Below, piece by piece: positions 58,800 to 64,000 of a stretch of 64,000 bases of DNA (position 1 is the stretch's first letter; every line of letters starts with the position of its first letter). The position numbers were made by a program, and so were the translations under genes. The stretch comes from Calditrichia bacterium. Its GTDB lineage: Bacteria; Calditrichota; Calditrichia; RBG-13-44-9; J075. Below the pieces are notes generated by a model that had not been told where the DNA came from, did no database searches, and worked only from the letters and a program-made list of their open reading frames with translations. The stretch lies in contig JBOEGD010000007.1 in assembly GCA_050633245.1 (NCBI GenBank), positions 187,624-251,623 on the forward strand, given 5' to 3'.

Positions 58800-59123
58800 A
58801 TGACGGAGAAGCGGGAAATTCAGCTTGTAGAGCTCGATGGATCTCTTGAAGTAGGAAATGCACCAGAATTGCGTCATCAACTGCAAACAGAAGTAGAATC
58901 TGGTTCGGAGTGGGTAATCATCGATCTCAGCAGAGTAACGTTTATCGATAGCTCCTGCTTGGGCATTCTGGTAGTTGCATACAAAACAACACGTCGGAAG
59001 GGTGGAGTAATCAAATTTGCGAACCCTTCTTCGCAGGTAAGACAAATATTTGACCTCACAAGATTAAGCCAGCATGTTGAAATTTACGATTCCCTGGCCG
59101 AATGCGAAGAGAGCTTCGTCTGA
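58800..59123 (+). CDS. STAS anti-sigma factor antagonist (RsbV-like)
   Basis: IIDLSRVTFIDSSCLG phosphorylation-site motif, FDLTRL. Confidence 0.9.
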   Translation: MTEKREIQLVELDGSLEVGNAPELRHQLQTEVESGSEWVIIDLSRVTFIDSSCLGILVVAYKTTRRKGGVIKFANPSSQVRQIFDLTRLSQHVEIYDSLAECEESFV

Positions 59124-62100
59124 TTAGACGCTGTTTCTTAGCGCAGATCCAATATCATGTAAATTGAAAGGCTTTGCAACGCATGCTGTGAAGCCGAAAG
59201 CCTTGTAGTTACTCATTATCGGATCATTTGAATAGCCGCTGGATACGATAGCATTTACATCCGGGTCAATTTCTTTGAGCATTAATATCGCATCCTTTCC
59301 ACCAATGCCTCCCGGAATGGTCAAATCCATAATTACTGCATCAAAACGCTCATCTTTGTCGAGGGCTTCTTTATAAATTTCAAAAGCCTCTCCTCCATCA
59401 ACCGCCGTCTCTACTGAATAACCCAGCCGGTTTAGCATCAAACCAACCAAACTGCGAATCGATTCTTCGTCGTCCATTATTAATACACGTCCTTCACCAG
59501 TCTGCATGGCCTCGGGAGATTCCTCGACAATGGCCTCTTTGTCGGGCACGGCTGGTAACAGAATAGTAAACATGGTCCCTTCGCCTTCGACAGAATCCAC
59601 GCGAATATAACCATCGTGTTTAGAAATGATAGAGTAGCAGGTTGCAAGACCAAGCCCACTCCCCTCTTCTTTCGTAGTAAAATATGGATCAAAAATTTTA
59701 CTGCGAATGTCTTCCGGAATACCGGGTCCCTCATCTGCAATGCTAATTTGCAAATAGTCTCCCTGCGGCATGGGATGATGTGGGAAATCCTGTTCCGATC
59801 GGATAGAAAGATTTCTACAAGAGACGTGCATTTTGCCCTTGCCTTTCATTTCCTGAAGCGCGTTAATAACAATATTATTCACAACCTGACTAATTTGTCC
59901 CTTATCCGCTTCAACTGGCCACAGATCATCTGGAAAATCGCAGCTGTAGGAAATCTTGCTGCCAACCAGAGTAAATTCGACCGTTTCCAGAACCAGTTCC
60001 CTAATGCTTGCGGGCCTTTTCAATGGAGCACCGCCTTTAGAGAAGGTTAGCAGTTGATGGGTTAAATCGCGTGCGCGATTGCTTGCACTTTCGGCTTCTT
60101 CCAAACGCTTGATGCTATTTGCTGAAATTTGATCATCAATTTTTGCAAGGGCAATGTTTCCAATAATGGCCGTTAACATATTATTAAAATTGTGTGCAAT
60201 TCCCCCGGCTAATATTCCTATAGACTCGAGCTTGAGCACTTTTTGGATTTCTTCTTCCATCTTTTGCTGATCGGTAATATCGCGAAAGGCAATTACAGTC
60301 CCGCTGATCTGGCTGTTCTCATCATTTATCGGTGCAACACTGAGGCTGATAATTGAAGGAGAATCGTTCTCTTGATGGAGCATGATATGGGCATGCTGTT
60401 CAACTTTACCGGTGCGTAACACTTCACGGGTCGGATCCAGCAGTTCCTCTTGCTTCTTCTCGGTTGACAACTTTAGCACATCAAGAATATTGCAGCCGAC
60501 GGCACGAAGTCGGTTTACACCTGTAATTTTTTCGGCAGCAGGGTTCATGAACAGAATAACATTTTCTTTGTCAGCAGTAATCACACCATCGGTAATGCTA
60601 TGCATGGTAACTCTTAACCGCTCTTGTTCACTGCTGAGCTCTTGCATGGAACGTTTGCGTTCGATGGCGCTGGCAATATGCTGTCCGACAAAGATCAACA
60701 GCTCCATATCCTTTTCACTAAAGCGAATATCTGAGCTGTAACTTTGCACAACGATCGCACCAAAACCACTATCTGCACGGACAAATGGGACACAAACCCA
60801 TTCAACGGCCATTTCTCCAAAGATATCATATCTACCTTCTTCAACCCCTTTCTTCATCCGTTCACGAGTGAGATGCAGCGGCTTACCCTCACGTATCGCA
60901 TATTCAGTAAGGCCATTCGTTTTAGTACGAGGCGTAGGAAAACTATCGAAGGCGTCGATAAAATAAGGGCAGTCCAGAGTGTCACTTGCACGATCATATA
61001 AAGCAATGTAGAAGTTTTCCGCATAGGTTAACTGTCCAACTACTGAGTGGATCGCTTCATAAAATTCATCCATGTCATCAGAGAATGAAGTAATAGCAGC
61101 AATACTATATAGCGCCCTCTGTCGCCTGTCCGCTTCCTTGCTTTCAGTAATATCACGAAAAACAGCCTGAACAACTTTCTTAGTTCCCATGCGGAATAAA
61201 TTTGCCGATACTTCGGCAGGGAAAACCACACCGCTGCGGTTAATAACATCTATTTCGAAGCGGACATAGCCTTTGCGGATCAGTTCGGTTGTGGCGGAAC
61301 GTAACAGAGCGTGCTGTTCTCTCGGATAAAAGCTACTGATATTCAAGGAAGTAACTTCTGCATCCAAGATGCCAAATTTTGACAACACCTGTTCATTGCA
61401 ATCCAGCAAGCGCCCGGAGATCTCATAAATTATGATGCAGTCATTCGAGAACTGAAACAAGTTACTATACTTTTCTTCACTAGAGCGTAGTGCGATTTCT
61501 GCCAGTCGCTTTTCGGTAATATCCTGATGAATAGACAAAATAGCCTTTTCACCCTGATAATTTACCAAAGCAGTATTGACGTCCATTAAGCGTTCGCGAT
61601 TATCTTTGCGCAGCTGACGCATCTCGAAATGGGTCGTACTTCCTTTTAAGACCGTTTCACGAATACAGAATTGCACCAGTGAAGGCTTTTTGGTAATGCT
61701 TTCAATTCGCATCTGCAAAAATTCTTCCTGGCTAAAGCCATAGACTTCGCAGGCACGTTCATTTACATCCAGAATGGAGTGGTCAGCAAGATTATATATG
61801 ATTATTGAGTCATGCACATTATCGAATAGCCCACGGAGGTCGCTTTCCTTTTGCTGCAATTCTTCCTCTTTGGTCTTTCGCTCGCGGATTTCTCTCTGCA
61901 GAGTTTTAATGGCGACGCCACGTTCTGCCACCATCTGATAGAGTTGGCGCAATCCGGGCCTGAATACGAAAGCACCCTCTAAAAATAAAACCAGCAGCAT
62001 GATCGCAAGAATCCAAACTTCTATTTCTTGAATCCAGGCAATCCGAACTTCCGATGCTGTTGCATAGTCGTTGGCCAGTTCATCCAGCTTCTGGATATAT

Positions 62101-62606
62101 GCCGCGCCATGAATCTGAATCAGATTCGTTAATTCTTCACGACTAATCTGAACCTTATCTTGTGATGTTTTTTGTTGAAAGACTGTTTCGATTAGCTGAA
62201 CTTTTTCCGCAACTCGCTGAAGATCCGGTTCTGCTTTTTCGAGTAAGACATGAGCTGTCTCAATAGGCGTGTAGCTTCCGACATCTCCCAGGGCGATGTC
62301 CAGCTTGTCGTGATAGTTCTGCAACATACCGAGCAAAGACTGGATGCGGCCGAAGATAATATCGTAGTTTGTTGTGTCGCCAGCCTGAGGCATTTCTTTT
62401 AACGCATCATTTAAATCGGCGATATAAACGCGCTGTCGACTGGCAATAGAGATAAGGCTAGAGTCGTTAGACTGTTGCACAAGGGAGTAGTAAATAACGG
62501 CGAATCCAGCCATCGCAAGAAAGGCGATAAAGCCAAGACTGATCATATAGCGAAATTTCAGCTTACCTTCGCTTACATATCGAACCTGCTTTGTACTGTC
62601 GCTCAT
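59124..62606 (-). CDS. Membrane hybrid histidine kinase (four-helix sensor, PAS-PAS-GAF-PAS-HK-REC)
   Basis: Two TM segments around a NarX/PilJ-like ISIASRQR motif, PAS repeats, GAF, H-box [17 protein letters not shown] ([12 protein letters not shown]). Start placed at ATG 62606. Confidence 0.9.
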   Translation of the reverse strand: MSDSTKQVRYVSEGKLKFRYMISLGFIAFLAMAGFAVIYYSLVQQSNDSSLISIASRQRVYIADLNDALKEMPQAGDTTNYDIIFGRIQSLLGMLQNYHDKLDIALGDVGSYTPIETAHVLLEKAEPDLQRVAEKVQLIETVFQQKTSQDKVQISREELTNLIQIHGAAYIQKLDELANDYATASEVRIAWIQEIEVWILAIMLLVLFLEGAFVFRPGLRQLYQMVAERGVAIKTLQREIRERKTKEEELQQKESDLRGLFDNVHDSIIIYNLADHSILDVNERACEVYGFSQEEFLQMRIESITKKPSLVQFCIRETVLKGSTTHFEMRQLRKDNRERLMDVNTALVNYQGEKAILSIHQDITEKRLAEIALRSSEEKYSNLFQFSNDCIIIYEISGRLLDCNEQVLSKFGILDAEVTSLNISSFYPREQHALLRSATTELIRKGYVRFEIDVINRSGVVFPAEVSANLFRMGTKKVVQAVFRDITESKEADRRQRALYSIAAITSFSDDMDEFYEAIHSVVGQLTYAENFYIALYDRASDTLDCPYFIDAFDSFPTPRTKTNGLTEYAIREGKPLHLTRERMKKGVEEGRYDIFGEMAVEWVCVPFVRADSGFGAIVVQSYSSDIRFSEKDMELLIFVGQHIASAIERKRSMQELSSEQERLRVTMHSITDGVITADKENVILFMNPAAEKITGVNRLRAVGCNILDVLKLSTEKKQEELLDPTREVLRTGKVEQHAHIMLHQENDSPSIISLSVAPINDENSQISGTVIAFRDITDQQKMEEEIQKVLKLESIGILAGGIAHNFNNMLTAIIGNIALAKIDDQISANSIKRLEEAESASNRARDLTHQLLTFSKGGAPLKRPASIRELVLETVEFTLVGSKISYSCDFPDDLWPVEADKGQISQVVNNIVINALQEMKGKGKMHVSCRNLSIRSEQDFPHHPMPQGDYLQISIADEGPGIPEDIRSKIFDPYFTTKEEGSGLGLATCYSIISKHDGYIRVDSVEGEGTMFTILLPAVPDKEAIVEESPEAMQTGEGRVLIMDDEESIRSLVGLMLNRLGYSVETAVDGGEAFEIYKEALDKDERFDAVIMDLTIPGGIGGKDAILMLKEIDPDVNAIVSSGYSNDPIMSNYKAFGFTACVAKPFNLHDIGSALRNSV

Positions 62607-62777
62607 TCCCAACTCCAAGAGTATCTGCATTCATTGCAATAGCAGTCGCAATAAATCATGCGACATGCAACCCCACATGGGGTTTCCATTTTACTTGTCT
62701 GTGACGAACTGTCTATGTCTTACCGACAAGCCGGGTTAAGATTTTAGTTGGGCAGCCAAATCTTTTATGCTTACGTC

Positions 62778-64000
62778 TTATTCGTTTACTGAGTTTTGAT
62801 TTACAGCATCAGTAGTTGATTGTAAAATTTCTTTAAGCGCTTTACCCAAAAGCTGCACATTATATGGTTTAAGGATTCGCCCCTTAAAACCATGGGAAAG
62901 ATATTCAGCCATAACCGGGTCGTTGGAATAACCACTTGAAACAAGTGCATTAATATTCGGTTCTATTTTAATAAGTTCTTCGATTGCATCTTTTCCACTC
63001 ATTCCTCCCGGTACAGTCAGGTCGAGAAGAACAGCATCGAAAGGTTCGTTCTCCAGAATCGCCGTATTAAACGCATCGATTGCAGCTGCTCCGTCATGCG
63101 TTAAAACATAAGAATAACCAAGTTTATCGAGCATTGCGCTGGCAACGTCCAGAATTGTTTGCTCGTCATCCATTACCAGAATTTTACCCGTTCCGTTCAT
63201 TAGAGCCTTGCTAGGCTTGTTCTTCTTAACCATGAGTTCGGGAATGGCGGGAAGGAGGATTGTGAACTCAGACCCCTTCTGATAGTCTGATTCAACAAAG
63301 ATATAGCCATCATGACGCTTAATTATCGAGTATGATGTCGCAAGTCCCAGACCACTCCCCTTCTGCTTCGTGGTAAAGTATGGATCAAACACCTGTTCGA
63401 GATATTCCCTGGGAATCCCTACTCCTTCATCCCCAACCACGATACGAACGTAATTTCCAGGGATAAGCAGGATATCGCGAAAGTGGGTATTTTCGTAGAC
63501 CGGAAAGTTCTCGCACAACATATAGATTTTTCCGCCATTGGGCATTGCCTGTGCCGCATTTAGAACGAGATTGTTTATTACCTGGCTAATTTGCCCCTCA
63601 TCGACCTCCACATTCCAGAGTTTTGGAGCGATTAAAAATTCTGATTTGGATCTGCTTCCTCGCAAAGCAAATCCAGCGGTTTCGGTAATAATGTCCTGAA
63701 TTGAGGCCGCCCGCTTAATTGGCGCGCCACCCTTGGCAAAAGTTAATAACTGCTGAGTCAGCTCACGCGCACGCATTGCGGCCCGTTCTGCGTCGTCCAG
63801 ACGCAGGCTTACAACCTCATTATCTGAAACAGACAGTTTTCCAAGTGAGATATTCCCAATAATTGCAGTCAAAATATTATTAAAGTCGTGCGCGATCCCT
63901 CCGGCAAGAACGCCTAGCGATTCAAGCTTTTGGGTTCGTCTAACCTCTTCCTCGAGTGCAACCTGATGCGTAACATCCCGAAGCACAAGCACGGAGCCAA
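62778..64000 (-). CDS. Hybrid histidine kinase, C-terminal part (5' end beyond window)
   Basis: H-box IAHDFNNIL, YFTTK.KGSGLGL, REC (MDDE, LDLTVPGG); paralog of the adjacent kinase. Confidence 0.9.
   Translation of the reverse strand, partial: GSVLVLRDVTHQVALEEEVRRTQKLESLGVLAGGIAHDFNNILTAIIGNISLGKLSVSDNEVVSLRLDDAERAAMRARELTQQLLTFAKGGAPIKRAASIQDIITETAGFALRGSRSKSEFLIAPKLWNVEVDEGQISQVINNLVLNAAQAMPNGGKIYMLCENFPVYENTHFRDILLIPGNYVRIVVGDEGVGIPREYLEQVFDPYFTTKQKGSGLGLATSYSIIKRHDGYIFVESDYQKGSEFTILLPAIPELMVKKNKPSKALMNGTGKILVMDDEQTILDVASAMLDKLGYSYVLTHDGAAAIDAFNTAILENEPFDAVLLDLTVPGGMSGKDAIEELIKIEPNINALVSSGYSNDPVMAEYLSHGFKGRILKPYNVQLLGKALKEILQSTTDAVNQNSVNE

Noticed and set aside
62640-62765. Short hairpins between the two hybrid kinases
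   Set aside because: The 6-7 bp stems have no T-tract or recognisable motif; insufficient support.

Overview
This is a 64 kb, gene-dense bacterial chromosomal window with most genes on the - strand. I found no CRISPR array, transposase, integrase or phage genes. Gene order (purH-mreBCD-mrdA-rodA), secreted proteins ending in a 'QNYPNPFNP' C-terminal sorting domain, a Myxococcus-type MglA/MglB pair and a PyrR attenuator suggest a Calditrichota/FCB-adjacent organism (inference). The left half is mostly housekeeping: tRNA-Ser 3' end, a GT-C glycosyltransferase, korAB, csrA, dnaK-grpE, pyrR-pyrB-pyrC with a complete attenuator, the elongasome operon, exbB-exbD-exbD-tonB, ctpA and pdaD. The best candidate for an undescribed system is a tightly coupled 9-gene operon at 31.7-38.0 kb: PAS histidine kinase, single-domain receiver, DUF4388/PATAN-roadblock fusion, tandem PATAN-like protein, roadblock-like protein, winged-helix protein, transmitter-less (Af1503-like) HAMP receptor, MglB and MglA. 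It looks like a receptor-coupled small-GTPase module. Other leads are a GGA-rich candidate CsrA-sponge RNA next to csrA, an unassigned multi-helix RNA at 30.1-30.2 kb, REP-like palindromes on both sides of apgM (one a perfect 52-bp palindrome), and several apparent pseudoenzymes at 48.7-57.5 kb (dead adenylate cyclase, radical-SAM homolog lacking CxxxCxxC, eIF2B-like protein). All family assignments come from motif recognition by eye; no searches were run.
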